From Octopus bimaculoides (Eukaryota): a stretch of DNA of 48,277 bases. Position 1 is the stretch's first letter. The number at the start of each line of letters is the position of its first letter. The stretch lies in assembly GCF_001194135.2 (NCBI RefSeq), contig NC_068985.1:55945238-55993514 (forward strand). The letters run 5' to 3'. The position numbers and the translations under genes are program-made. The notes under the pieces were generated by a model that was given only the letters and a program-made list of their open reading frames with translations, was not told the DNA's origin and made no database searches. Shown here piece by piece: positions 35,781 through 48,277 of this stretch.

Positions 35781-36699
35781 GTTTAAAGGATGGTCATGTG
35801 GTAAAGAAGTTCACTTCACAACCATGTGGTTTCAAGTTCAGTGCCACCTTCAGTTAGTCCCTTCAACTCTAGTCTCAGACTGACCAATCCAATGTCTTGT
35901 GAGTGGATTTGATAGATGGAAACAGGAAAAAAAAAATTGTTGTAAATGTGTGTGTATATAAATGTATATGGATGGGGGATGAATATGTGTGTGTATGTGT
36001 GTGTACGTGTATGTGTGTGTGTATGTGTCCCCCTCATCTAAATAGTTATAAATGAATGTCATTGTCACACATGTGAAGTCCCTTGTTTACAGTTTCCTCT
36101 GAAATTATGTCCAGACAAGCAAAATAATATTTCGCCCCCCACGGCCCAACATGCTTTGCATATAATACTGGTAACAAACAACATCACTTGTATGACAATG
36201 ATGCTCATTTACAACCATCATGTGACCCCTTAACAAAAATACACACACACAAATATATGACAATATTCTTTCAGTTTCCTTCAACCAAATTCACTCACAG
36301 CTTTGATCAGACCAGGGCTTTAATAGGAAACACTTGTCCAAGATGCTGCATAGTAGGATTGGACTCATGGCCATATGGTTGGGAAGCACGCTTTTTAATC
36401 GCACAATAATGCCTGTACCTATCTCTCTTTCTCCCTCTATATATATATCATTATTGTTTAACATCTGCTCTCCATGCTGACACGGGTTGCACAGTTTGAC
36501 ATGGGGCTGGCTAGCTAGGAGCTGTCCGGACTCCAACTGTCTGTTGTGGCATGGTTTCTATGGCTGGATGCCCTTCCTAATGCCAACCACTTAGCAGTGT
36601 GCTGGGTGCTTTTTGTGCCAATGGCACAGGTGCATCTATGCAGCACCGGCACATGAAAGGACAAGCTGGTATGTGTGGAAGACAGAGGTTTTACTTAGC

Positions 36700-36860
36700 T
36701 TGACATCTCCTAGTTCCTTGCCATTTCCTCAGTAAGGCCCAACCTCTGAAAATCCTTTCTCACCACTTTGTCCCACATTTTCCTGGGTCTACCCCTTCCA
36801 CAGGTATCCTCTACAATTAGAACTTGGCACTTCTTTATGCAGCTGTCCTCATCCATACAT
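36700..36860 (-). mobile_element. Decayed RTE ORF2 C-terminal fragment
   Basis: Translates MDEDSCIKKCQVLIVEDTCGRGRPRKMWDKVVRKD. Confidence 0.7.
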
Positions 36861-37322
36861 ATACATATATATATTTGTACATATAACTATGTACATCTAT
36901 CTATCTAGCTAAAAAAACAGAAAAAAATTGTTCCCAAGTCATATTAACTCAAAGGACAGGTTTCCTAGTTTCCTCCAGTGCATATATGCTCACCTGGATA
37001 CGACACAGGTCTGTTGCAGGATTACTCATTTTTGCCAACTGAGTTAACTGGAGCAATGTGAAATGAAATGTTTTGCTCAAGAACATAACACGTTGCCTGG
37101 ACCAGGAATCAAAACCACAAACTTATGATTATAAGTCCAACACCCTAACCACTAAGCCACACAACTCTACATCTATCTATCTATCTAACTAACTATATAT
37201 CTCTGTGTGTGTGAGTGAACATGCGCATGTGTGTGTGTATGTTCAGCAATCTATCCAGGGAGCTGTGTGTTCCTAAACCACTACTTTGGACCACTTGTAG
37301 TCTGTGCAAGAAAAAACTGTAC

Positions 37323-37523
37323 CTGTATCAGTTGCCATGGTAAATCTAGGATGGTGCGAGCTGTACGGCGCATGAAACCACTCAAACCTTGACGACCAAT
37401 AATCGGCGTGGCACTGGAATTAAAGTCTGCCAAATCAACCCGCCGCCGTTTTTGGAGCTGCCTGTCTTTAGACTGCAAAGCCCATTTCTTTTTGTGATAC
37501 TGTAACCATTCCACCATTTCAGC
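37323..37523 (-). CDS. POLE: POLE exon AEMVEWLQYHKKKW...FMRRTARTILDLPWQLIQ
   Basis: CTTTAG acceptor, CAG|GTACAG donor; 201 nt; WLxxHKKKW and LPWQ motifs. Confidence 0.96.
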
Positions 37524-37684
37524 CTAAAGAGGATAAAAAACAAAAACAAAAGGACTAATATGAGAAAAAAGAAAAGAAAAATCAGTTGAAAAATAGATTT
37601 TGTAATATGAAATGGTAATTTCAGATTCACATCTATATTACATGCTGATCTCATGTAATATATATGTGCACATAAGATATAATG

Positions 37685-37689
37685 ATATG

Positions 37690-37739
<50 letters not shown>

Positions 37740-37910
37740 ATATATATATATCTATATATATATATAACATGAGAGATCATCAATGTGTATATGACAATAT
37801 CATACGTGATATATGTGATATCATCAATATGTATATGATGATATCGTATGTGATATGTGTATATATAATGACATGATATCTATGTGTATATGATGATATC
37901 ATATGATAAA
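37685..37910. repeat. (AT)n microsatellite and AT-rich GATAT-type low-complexity tract
   Basis: Read directly; fills most of the 407-nt intron between exons at 37931 and 37523. Confidence 0.9.
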
Positions 37911-37930
37911 TAGAAATATACAGGAAGTAC

Positions 37931-38140
37931 CTTAGTTTTTCCCATTGGTGGAGGAGGTCCTAAAATATCTCGAAATGTTTGAGTCAAAGATTCTGAGTTC
38001 TGAGAATTGGTTTTTGAGAAGTCAGTATCTTCACTTGATTGCATCCGTTTACGTTTGGTGACTGTAGCTCGAACTGGCATGTTGGGCTTAGCAGGAACTC
38101 CCAGATCTTCTATGTCTTTTATGGAATCCACTTCTGGTTC
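37931..38140 (-). CDS. POLE: POLE linker exon EPEVDSIKDIEDLG...FRDILGPPPPMGKTK
   Basis: ORF 37880..38131; TTTATTAG acceptor, AAG|GTACTT donor; 210 nt; DIEDxG and ILGPPP motifs. Confidence 0.93.
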
Positions 38141-39134
38141 CTAATAAAATAGTAGTCAATCAATATAAGCTGTCATTTAATAAACATTTCAGAACAATGG
38201 AACAATTCTTCATTTAAGAGCAAATCTCTAAGAAAATGAATAGAATCTTCTAAATCTGATAAGCACTACCAATGGCTGGGTGGTTAAGAAGTTCACTTCA
38301 CAACCATGTAGTTTCAGGTTCACTCTCACTGCACAGCATGTTGGGAAAGAGTTTACTATAAGTCCTGGGCTGATCAAATGCATTGAGAATAAATTTGGTA
38401 GACGGTAACTGTGCAAAGAATGCATGAATGCATATGTGCTTGTGTCTTCTTGTCTTAACATAATGTGATAGTTCTAAACGAGTGTCAATGTCATTTGTTT
38501 TCAATCTTCCATTAGAACAAGTCTGGCCATCTTGCTTGAATACAAGTGGGGGTTTGTGACAGGAAGAGCATCTGGGTGTAGAAACCTATTTTGATGAATT
38601 CTGTCTGACTCATGCATGCATAGATAAGTAGAGATTAAAATGATGATGGTTGTGATGGTGATGTGTGTGTGCATGTACATGCACACATTGTCTTTGTTTG
38701 CTAGCATTTGCACCCTATGGAAGTTGCAACCCAGAAATGTTGTTGCTATCAATTCTGTCAACAAATCTCTACTTGCCTTGTGCCTTCAAAGAGATATGAA
38801 ATAAAAGATTCTTTTACTTGATAAACAAGTGTTAGTGATAGGAAGGGCATCCAGCTGTAAAAAAAAAACGCCCCAATAATATATTTGCCTCACCTATGCT
38901 AGTATGGAAAACAGGTTGTAACAATGAACAAATAAATTTCAACATAGTTGGGTTTGTATCACAGAGCAAGAGGCAGTTTCAGTTTGGTTGGTACCAAAAC
39001 AATTAATGAAGCTTTATTCTGTGTATAAACTACAAGAGAAGTCACTCAAAAACAATTTGAAAATTCACTGTTTCATGATAACTTTATGATAAACAAAATA
39101 TTGTGAGAAAGAGTAATAAAAACACAAGAGAAAC

Positions 39135-39257
39135 CTGTGGTTTGGGTTGAGGAGCAAAGATTTCACTAATTTTCTTCTGTTTGAAAATGTCAGTTCTCTC
39201 TAATAATTTCTTCTGTAACCAATCTGGATGAGGAATACGTGGTACTGGGTTGGCCAC
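39135..39257 (-). CDS. POLE: POLE exon [41 protein letters not shown]
   Basis: TTGTAG acceptor, CAG|GTTTCT donor; 123 nt; NPVPRxxHPDWL motif. Confidence 0.95.
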
Positions 39258-39400
39258 CTACAAGACACATACACAAATACATAAATACACATACATATAT
39301 AAATATATATATTCTCTCTCTTTCCTTTCCCGAGCGTCTTGTAACACAATCTGTATCACGTCCTCACGTTGTTGTTTCTTGTCTTTTTCCTATTTTTGAA

Positions 39401-39437
<37 letters not shown>

Positions 39438-40158
39438 CTGATATCCTGTAGTATTTTGAAACAAAAAATGTTACACTATAGTTTTATTTATCAGATAAAA
39501 GGCAGGTATAAAATAGGGTAACTTATAAATGAGTAAATATGGTAGAAGTTGATTGGTTGATTCTCTGGTCACATATTACATTGTAAAGAGAGAAGGTGAA
39601 AGACATTAGGAGAGAGGTACAAAAGGAGTTAAAATACAAGGTGTAGGATAAATGTCTTATAACATTCTGAAAAGTATACATTCTTAAATGAAATTTTACA
39701 AATCCTGGTAGCTAAGATTTAGAAATGAATAAATATGTTTCGCTAATATTAAAAAAAAAAGTGTTTTTATTTAATCTTATTTTAAGGTTTTTCATTTCAT
39801 TTCGTGTAAGTACGAAAAAATTTGATAAAAGTTAAATTACAATTATTGTATGTATACCACATTTCTTGATGTTTCCCATGGTGGTAATAGTATACTGCCA
39901 CAGTTACTCAACACAAGACAGGTAACACTTGCATATGCATCAAATGATTTTCTTTTTACAAATCTATTCAGCATGTTATTTAATTTTTCTTTTAGGCATG
40001 AATGTATAATTTGAATAAGATATGGCTGCTATTTCTACCTGGACAAACTGCCACATACATACCCCCCACTTATTGGTAAAAGCCATTTTACTATATATAT
40101 ATGGAATTTCTTCAGCTACCAGTCTTGTAGAAAGTTGGTATAATCAATAGAGACTTAC

Positions 40159-40239
40159 TTGCTGTAGTGCAGCTGGAATGGTAATAATCTTCTGGATGGC
40201 ACCACCCAAACGGTCAATATAATATTGCCAGTCAAGAAT
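40159..40239 (-). CDS. POLE: POLE exon [27 protein letters not shown]
   Basis: CATCAG acceptor, GTAAGT donor; 81 nt; conserved [24 protein letters not shown] motif. Confidence 0.97.
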
Positions 40240-41423
40240 CTGATGGAAATAAAAGTAGCAATGAATAAACACTGAAACACAACTATTAAAGAAGAGTGCA
40301 TGGCAACTGGTCATGTGTCCTGTACAGCTAGTAGTCTCAAGGCCATGAATTCAAACAGAGAATGTCCTAAACTTTGCCCAGTACCTTTATAACTTTAAAA
40401 TACCATTGTTCAATGACATCAGCATCGTTATCATCATCACTTTTGCATGTGTTTTTTCCATGCTGTTGACAAGTCCCTTAACCCCTTGGGAGTCATTGAG
40501 GCATTGCAACCTTGCAGCATATCTTGGGTGAGAAAGCCTGGTGGAGCCCATCCCTTTCTGGGCTAAACTCATTTCTAGAGCTGAGTGGACTGGAGCAACG
40601 TGAAATGAAGTGTTTTGCTGGTCCAGGAATTGAAACCAATCTTACGAGCGTGAATCCAACATCCTAACCGCTATGCCATGTGCCTCTACTCTGTGCTGTT
40701 ATGGATTAGATAAAACTTGTCGAAGTAATATTCTAGAGTTGGATGCTCTTCCAGTCACCAACTCTTGTTATGAAGCAAAGTTCATAAATCTATAAACATT
40801 ATTTATAAACAGCAGCAAGAAAATATTGGGTAGAAAAACTCATCTGGCTAGAAAAAATTCAAAGGCTGCGTGTGGGATATGAACCCACATCTCCTGTAAT
40901 CTTTGAGTTTTTCTATTCTGAAGGTTTTTTTCAATTCAATATTTACATGCTAATATTTATAGCTTTATGTGCTTTCAGATCCACTGTTACAAAAACGATA
41001 TATTTCATGTTCTCTTGAAAGTTTATAAATTCATGTGATGTCAACAAAGTATCTATACCCTTGGCCTTTCAAACAGAAGACCACTCAGTGGCAGCAGATA
41101 AAACAATGCTAAGACACAGATTCACACATATATATACGTGTGTGTTGTATGTGTGTACATATATACATCTTTTACTTGTTTCAGTCAGAATGCACTCATG
41201 CTGGGACAACGTCTTGAAGAATTTTTTAGCTGAATGAATTGACACCAATACTTATTTTTTAGTGTTAAGTCTGGTGCTTATTCTATCAGTCTCTTTTTGC
41301 CAAACTGCTAAGCTACAGGGAAGTAAACACACCAACATCAGTTGTCAAGCAATGGGGACAGAGGATAAACACAGGCACAAGGAGACATACACACACACAT
41401 ATATATATACATACATAGATACA

Positions 41424-41454
<31 letters not shown>

Positions 41455-41931
41455 GATGTTCTTTCAGTTTCCATCTGCTGCATCCACTCACAAGGCTTTG
41501 GCCAGGTTTATGCTATAGTAGAAGACACTTGCCCAAGGTGCCACACAGAGGGACTGAACCTGGAACCATGTGGCTGGGAAACAAGCTTCTTACCATACAG
41601 TCACCAAAAGAATGGAACAGGTAGAATATTGGCTGCTACAATCATTTCATAACTCGCTGACATTCGTTTTGTAAGTCGTTATGCAATGAACACTCCTTAG
41701 CATAGCTAGTCTTCAGGCCAAGTTATGAATTGTATAGAAACCATGAATTTTATAGTAACAATCAGTGCATTGAAATTCCTTCAATATAGGAAAAAGTGTG
41801 CAACTTACAATGTTAATACAAATTTATTTTATTGTGTACTGTTCATTTTTTGTCCCCTATACTAATCACATATTGCTTGGAGATAACTAACTTCCTACAC
41901 TAAAATCCCTGGATCATATTTAACAACTAAT

Positions 41932-41988
<57 letters not shown>

Positions 41989-43079
41989 TGAACATGCAAT
42001 TATATACACAGACATATATACATATCTATCTATCTACAGTTGTATATGTACAGGTATGGCTGTGTGGTTGAGAAGCTTTTAACGTCTACTTTTCCATTCT
42101 TGCATGGGTCAGACAGAATTTGTTGAGGTAGATTTTCTTCACCATGATGCTCTTCCTGTTGCCAACCCTCATCTGTTTTCAAGCAATGTAATATTTACTC
42201 CAAAACCAGGCATGTTTTTCATAGATGATTAGAAATAAATACTACTTGCATGACCATGATGCTCATTTACAATCATCATGTTATGTCAAGATAAGGGCGC
42301 GCACACACACACAAGGCTTCTTTTAGTTTCCATCTACCAAATCCGCTTGCAAGGTTTTGGTCAGCCTGGGCCTATAGCAGAATACACACACACACACACA
42401 CATAATGAGCTTCTTTCAGTTTCTGTCGACCAAATCGACTGATAAAGCACTGGATAGCCTGTAACAGCAGAGTTGAACCTGAAACCATATGGTTAAGAGG
42501 TGAAGTATTTAAACACAACCATTCTGCACCCATAGCTACGCCTATGCCTATATGAGCAACAACATTAATCATCATTGTTGTTTAACGTCCGCTTTCCATG
42601 CTAGCATGGGTTGGACGATTTGACTGAGGACTGGTGAAACCAGATGGCTACACCAGGCTCCAATCTGATTTGGCAGAGTTTCTACAGCTGGATGCCCTTC
42701 CTAACGCCAACCACTCAGAGAGTGCAGTGGGTGCTTTTACGTGCCACCAGCACGAAGGCCAGTCAGGCAGTACTGGCAACGGCCATGCTCAAAATGGTGT
42801 ATTTTATGTGCCACTCGCACAAGAGCCAGTCCAGGGGCACTGGCAACGATCTCGCTCGAAAGTCCTTACACATGCCGCGGGCACAGGTGCCATCTCAATT
42901 TCGCTTTCGCTTGCCCCAATAAGTCTTCGCAAGCTGAGTTTTGTGTCCAATGAAGGAGACGATGTTGGCATGGGTGCCAGTTGTCGAATTTAACTCGATT
43001 TCGATTTCACTTAACAATATAAATAATAATATAAATAACAAGCAGCAATTGAGTAATGTTAATTGTAATTAGAACTTAC

Positions 43080-43179
43080 ATTTCTAATGTCAAGATCTTT
43101 GTTGGAAGTCTTGAGCCATTTCTTGAGAAAATGTCTCTTGATTCCTGGTTCAGCTTGGAAAATAGCCATTGGAATAGCT
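43080..43179 (-). CDS. POLE: POLE exon [33 protein letters not shown]
   Basis: TTTTCCAG acceptor, GTAAGT donor; 100 nt = 1+99, fits the upstream phase. Confidence 0.97.
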
Positions 43180-44751
43180 CTGGAAAAAAGAATTACAAGA
43201 CACCATCATTATACTTGATTGTCTTTTTTATTTATAGAGGAAACATGGTAGATATATTGTAGAAGAACAACAAAAACTGTGTGACATTGGAGCATTTCTT
43301 TCAGAACATGAAAAAATTAAATAAAGTTGTTGACCAGACACTGATCACTGTTGACCAGACCTATACTCAAAAGTGTTCCAATGTGACTTGGTCTGTGGCA
43401 CTCAGTAAGCTGTCCCGTAGGAATTTCCAGCTCATATTTATTGCAACAATAAATACTCACTTATCACCATCATTTAACTTCTACATTCCATGATGGTTTG
43501 ACAGAGTTTGATGAGTCAGAAGATTTCATCGAACTCCAATGTCTGTTTTGGCGTGATTTTTATGGCTAAATGGTCTACCTAATGTTCATCACATTACAAA
43601 GTGGTATTATTTATCCCCATTAAGGTGGTGAGCTAGCAGAATCGCAAGAATGCTAGGCAAAACGCCTAGCAGCATTTCGTCCGTCTTTATGTTCTGAGTT
43701 CAAATTCCACCAAGGTTGGCTTTGCCTTTCATCCTTTCGAGTTTGATAAAGTACCAGTTCAACACTGGGGGTCAATGTGATCGACTTACCCACTCCTTCA
43801 AAATTATTGGTCTTGTGCCAAAATTTGAAACTAATATTTATCTCCACTTAAATGTTGATGTGCTATTAGAACACTTACCATACATGGATTTTGCACCAAA
43901 AACCAATATGAGAGTTTCTCTCATGGTAACTACTGCAATATAGCTTGTTCTAATAAAACATCCTCGTTCAAGTGGGGATAAACATTGCCTCTTGATATTA
44001 ATACTGTCTCTGTTGCTAATATATATACTTTACAAAGTGTACTGGGTGCTTTTCTTGTGGCAGTAGCATTAGTGATGATCATCACATAACTTGCAAGTCT
44101 AAGGCCCTAATGTGGCCCCTATAACTGAGGGAGAACACAAGAGAAAGTGGGCAATGATCCTAGATGAGTGAGTATAGCAGGGAACAAGGGAAAAAGAAGG
44201 GATAAGTGATTGACAGGACTGAGAAAAAAAGAATAGAGTTGAAAAAAAATGACAGGGTGTGTTGTGTAAATTAGGAAGGGGGTGTCTAGGACTATCCAAT
44301 ATTATAAGGGACAAGTATGGACAGAAGTTCTATCAGAAAGAAGTTCAGAAATGAAGCAATAGACCAGGGTAAAGAGAAATTCAGAGAGAATCATTGAAGA
44401 TAAGGGGTCATAGAGGAATGTTAGTGTCGGAAAGATAAGGTGTGTTGAAACAGTGGGAGATAAATGGACAATGGGAAAGGGGTAAGAAGTAGAAGCTGGT
44501 AGATACAAGAGAAGTGGAAGGGAAAAGAACAGAGTATGAATGCCAAAATATAGATTCTAGATTTATATATTCACTCAGAAAGATTTTGGACTCAAAATGC
44601 AGTACAGTGACTAGCTTCTTTTTTGTGTTTGTATCAAATTCCAATTTTTTCTTATGCCCGTAAAAACCATCTAATGTAATTCCTTCATTGGAGACAATAT
44701 AAAGAGTTCTTGGGATTTTAGAAAGAATTCCATAAAATCAAAAATCTTAAC

Positions 44752-44840
44752 CTCTCTGTAACTGGGGAACCTTCTGGTTTTTTAGATATCACATAGCGGC
44801 AACTCAGACCAGCATCTTTGATCATTTGGTCACCAAGGAA
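44752..44840 (-). CDS. POLE: POLE exon [29 protein letters not shown](R)
   Basis: TTTTCAG acceptor, AG|GTTAAG donor; near-identical to the conserved Pol epsilon sequence; ends phase 2. Confidence 0.97.
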
Positions 44841-45981
44841 CTGAAAAGCAAAAATTTATATGTTACACATGTATGGTGATGATAACGATGAGGATAATGA
44901 TGGTGGTGGTGGTGATGATGATGATGATGATGATGAAAACAATGACATTACTCACAACAAAGATGAAGCAAATAAAAATGTTTGTCTTTAAAGACCATAG
45001 AGTACTATAAATTATTTAACCCTAGGTTGACTCTGATCCAGTAGACCTATGATCAAAAGTAACCATGTCTTTATATTTTTTATGTTAAGTATATCTAGAA
45101 CTACACTTTCCCTTTTTTTAAGGTAGTGAGATGCGAGAAGATTTAGCTGTTATTTCCTGCAAGTCAAGTAAAAGCAACCACCCAGAGACTTTCTTGTTGG
45201 ATCTAAAGAAAAGTTTGTTTCAGCACTGATTGAACAGATCTAGATAAGCCCAGATCTGCCCTGACTGAGCAGATCTAGATAAAAGCATTCCAGCAGCAGC
45301 TGCCACTAACAGTTCAAAGTTTCACACACAAGACCATAGCAGACTTAAGGGGGTCATCAGGAGATGGTGTATGCTGTTTCGAGACCTACCTCTTGATGCT
45401 GTTATTGCACATCAGCCCTCCTCACTGAGATAAGGCCCTGATTGCTAGATCAACTGGTTAATAGACTTTCCTAAATATTCTTCTAGCTGTTGCTCTTTTT
45501 AACCAAATCCAGTGGCTTATCTTCTCCACTGAGCCTGGATATCACTCATCATGGTATTTGCCTTACACTGAATAAGGCCAAACAACAATAACCATTTAAA
45601 ACCATCAGATAATATCAGGACAGGGGCACAAAACACACACACATACGTGTGTGTGTGTATGTGCTGGTGGCATGTAAAAAGCACTGTTCAAGCGTTGGGC
45701 CTCATGGAGGCAGTGACAGGTGACCAAGACCTTTGGTGATATACCGTGCTTGCGTCAATCCAAATGAGACTGTAGTCATGGCCGAAGCTGGTGTCAGGTC
45801 AATGATACATAAAAAACAGTTGCTACACTCTTGGAGTGGTTGGCATTAGAAAGGGCATCCAGCTGTAGGAATCTTGTCAAATCAGATCAGAACCTGGTGC
45901 AGCTCTCTGGCTTACCAGTTTTCAGGCAAACTATCCAACCCATGCCAGCATGGAAAGCAGATGTTAAATAATGATGATGAT

Positions 45982-46135
45982 ATGGGTTTTGTAGACCTGG
46001 AGAAAGCCTTTAACAGAGTTCCCACTCTCTCATCTAGTGATCAATGTGGAATCTAGGGATAGATGAGTGGTTGGTGAGAGCAGTACAAGCCATGTACAAA
46101 GATGCTATCAGTAAGGTGAGGGTCAGCAATGAGTA
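45982..46135 (+). mobile_element. RTE reverse transcriptase fragment
   Basis: MGFVDLEKAFNRVP ... LGIDEWLVRAVQAMYKDAISKVRV. Confidence 0.8.
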
Positions 46136-46139
46136 TAGC

Positions 46140-46350
46140 AACCACTGAAAAATTGGGTTTCCAGTTGCTGGAACACCCTGCTTACACTCCAGATCTCTCC
46201 GCTTCCAACTGTCACGTCATTGAACTACTCAAATATCCTTTACAAGGTAGTCAATTTGCTATGGACAAAGTGCAGGATGTGGTGCATAAACAGCTGTGTT
46301 ACCAGCTGAAAGAAGTGCATCAAAAGCAAGGAGACTATGTTGAAAGATGC
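46140..46350 (+). mobile_element. Mariner transposase C-terminal remnant
   Basis: ORF 46129..46410: LGFQLLEHPAYTPDLSASN resembles the HPPYSPDLAPSD motif; ends GDYVE. Confidence 0.75.
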
Positions 46351-48212
46351 TGTAATTGTTCAACCTTCGTTTTTGTTTTTAACAAATTACAAAAACAAGT
46401 GTGTGTATAATTGTTGACAGTTTCAATTTATCAATTCCACTAACAAAGCTTTAGTTGGATGGTGGGCTATAGTAGAAAACACATAAACACTTGCAGCACA
46501 GTGGGACTGAACCCAAGACCACATGGTTCAGAAGCAAGCTTCTTAATCACACAACCATGCTTGCACCTATTCTTCTAGTTTCTTTTTTTTTTTTTTTGGT
46601 CTATCAAATGTATAATGTGTTTTCTAAGACACCAGGGTGTATGTAATTTGAGGAAGGCTTACTGCTATTTCTAATTAATCTAGGATGTACACTTTCTTGT
46701 ATCCTGTTATTTACATCAAGATTTAGACATAGTATGGTGACATTGGTGTGGGAAAGAGAAGCAGTAACAAAAGGAGAGGGTGTGGTTTTAAATGAATATC
46801 ATAGTTATACAAGTGATGTTGTTCATTTCCAGTCTTTCCTGAAAAATATGTCTGACCATTGAGAAATACTACCTTACTTGAAGGCAGTTGAATGTTAGAA
46901 ACAAGAAGGGCAACCAGCCATTGAACAAATTCCATCTGACCCACGCAAGTGAACATTAAAACAATGATGATCATCATCATGGCTGTTCAGAGACTAAACA
47001 ACAATAACACCACACATCTCAGAAACTCCTTCCAACCTGCAACTATATAAGAAGGAATTCTGATCTTTAACCCTTCAAGCATTGCATTTCAATGATTCAT
47101 AAAATGGTGGTTGAAGGATTAATAAAACAGGAGTAATATCAGAGAAATATCAAAGATTTCTCACAGAACTTTGCATTGTTGAAGCTAGCAGGATGAAAGA
47201 CATAGTTGACCTTGAATGACCATGAAATTAGGGAGATGAAAATAAATACTTTATCTTTTACTTGTTTCAGTCATCTGACTTTGACCATGCTGGGGCACTG
47301 CTTTGATGGGTTTTTTTTTTTAGTCAAACAAATTGACTCCCGGATTTATTTTCTTAAGCCTAGTGCTTATTCTGTTGTTCCCTTTTGCCAAACCACTAAG
47401 CTACAGGGAATAAACACACCAACACCAGTTGTCAAGCGATGGTGGGGGACAAACACACACACAACTGGTTTTCAGTCTCCATCAATTAAATCCACTCATA
47501 AGGATTTGGTTGGCCTGATGTTATAGTAGAAGACACTTGCCCAAGGTGCCATGCAGTTGGACTAAACCTGGAATCATCTGGTTGGGAAGCAAGCCTATTA
47601 ACATACAGCCACACATGCACCTAAGACATTTTACTTTGACAGTGTTGCTTTGCATTTTTTTTTTATATTCTTTTGTTGGTTTCAGCCATTGGACTACAAC
47701 CATGTTGAGTGCTACATTCTACAGTATAGTCAATATACAGTCCCTGCACTTATTTTATTAATCTTGATAGAATGAAAGGCAAAGCAGACAGGGGCAATAT
47801 GCCACACATGACCTTGTCTGGCACTCCAGTCCTTGTTTCTGTACATATTCTAAATTATCACCCATTTTAACACTACCATCAGATCCTCAAGTATTTTAGT
47901 TGTCTTCGTTATATTTTAAGTTTTTTAACCAGGTCTCTAGTCTAAAGATACTGAGTTATTCCATTCCAACCATTTTCAAGAGCTTTAAAAGACAGGGGCA
48001 TTTACATTTCCTCTCAACTTTTCCAGGTGCTCTAACAGGGCATGGACACTGCTCTTTCCGTTCTTGGTGGTCTTAAAAAAGCAGGGCACTCCCTTTGTTC
48101 CCAACACTTTCAATGGCTCTAAAAAATCATGTGAACAGCTCTTTGCTCCCACTATTACCAGGGGCCCTATCCCTTTCTTCTCTGACTAACCCATAAAACA
48201 AAAGTAACTTAC

Positions 48213-48277
48213 TTCAGCCAAACGTTTAGCTGTGCTTATAGATGTTGATTTTTGCTGTCCGTAATCTTCCAGTTTCC
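48213..48277 (-). CDS. POLE: POLE exon, partial at window edge (R)KLEDYGQQKSTSISTAKRLAE
   Basis: Manual translation matches the Pol epsilon motif KLEDYGxQKSTSISTAKRLAEF; donor GAA|GTAAGT; phase 0. Confidence 0.95.

Noticed and set aside
47800-48160. Possible decayed LINE coding fragment on the minus strand
   Set aside because: Only fragmentary stop-ridden translation; family not assignable by eye.
1-48277. CRISPR arrays, rRNA genes or prokaryotic operons
   Set aside because: Eukaryotic intron-rich locus; no regularly spaced repeat-spacer array or rRNA-like sequence seen.

Overview
AT-rich eukaryotic genomic DNA with three N-gaps (978-1117, 22548-22557, 33968-34211). The whole window lies inside one minus-strand gene: the catalytic subunit of DNA polymerase epsilon (POLE). 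I reconstructed 24 GT-AG exons by hand (48277 down to 4106, 3049 nt, about 1015 codons). Their phases join into one open frame that runs from the end of the active polymerase domain through the linker and most of the inactive C-terminal polymerase module. The gene start lies beyond the right edge. The last exons, including the CysA/CysB zinc fingers, lie beyond the left edge or in the first gap. The introns are packed with transposable elements whose families look to me like those of octopus or another coleoid cephalopod (inference from recalled repeat families, not a database hit). They include tRNA-derived SINEs, RTE and R4/Dong-type LINE fragments, piggyBac, mariner and hAT elements and MITEs, Helitrons, long foldback palindromes and microsatellites. 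The best candidate for an unusual system is at 8527-9028: a head-to-head pair of tRNA-headed SINE-like units flanked by a target-site duplication. Each unit carries a minimal type-I hammerhead ribozyme motif downstream of its Pol III promoter and has no T4 terminator. A second, unrelated minimal hammerhead with a variant core (CUGUUGA) lies at 1350-1386. Both complete motifs are on the POLE pre-mRNA strand. Ribozyme activity is untested inference.
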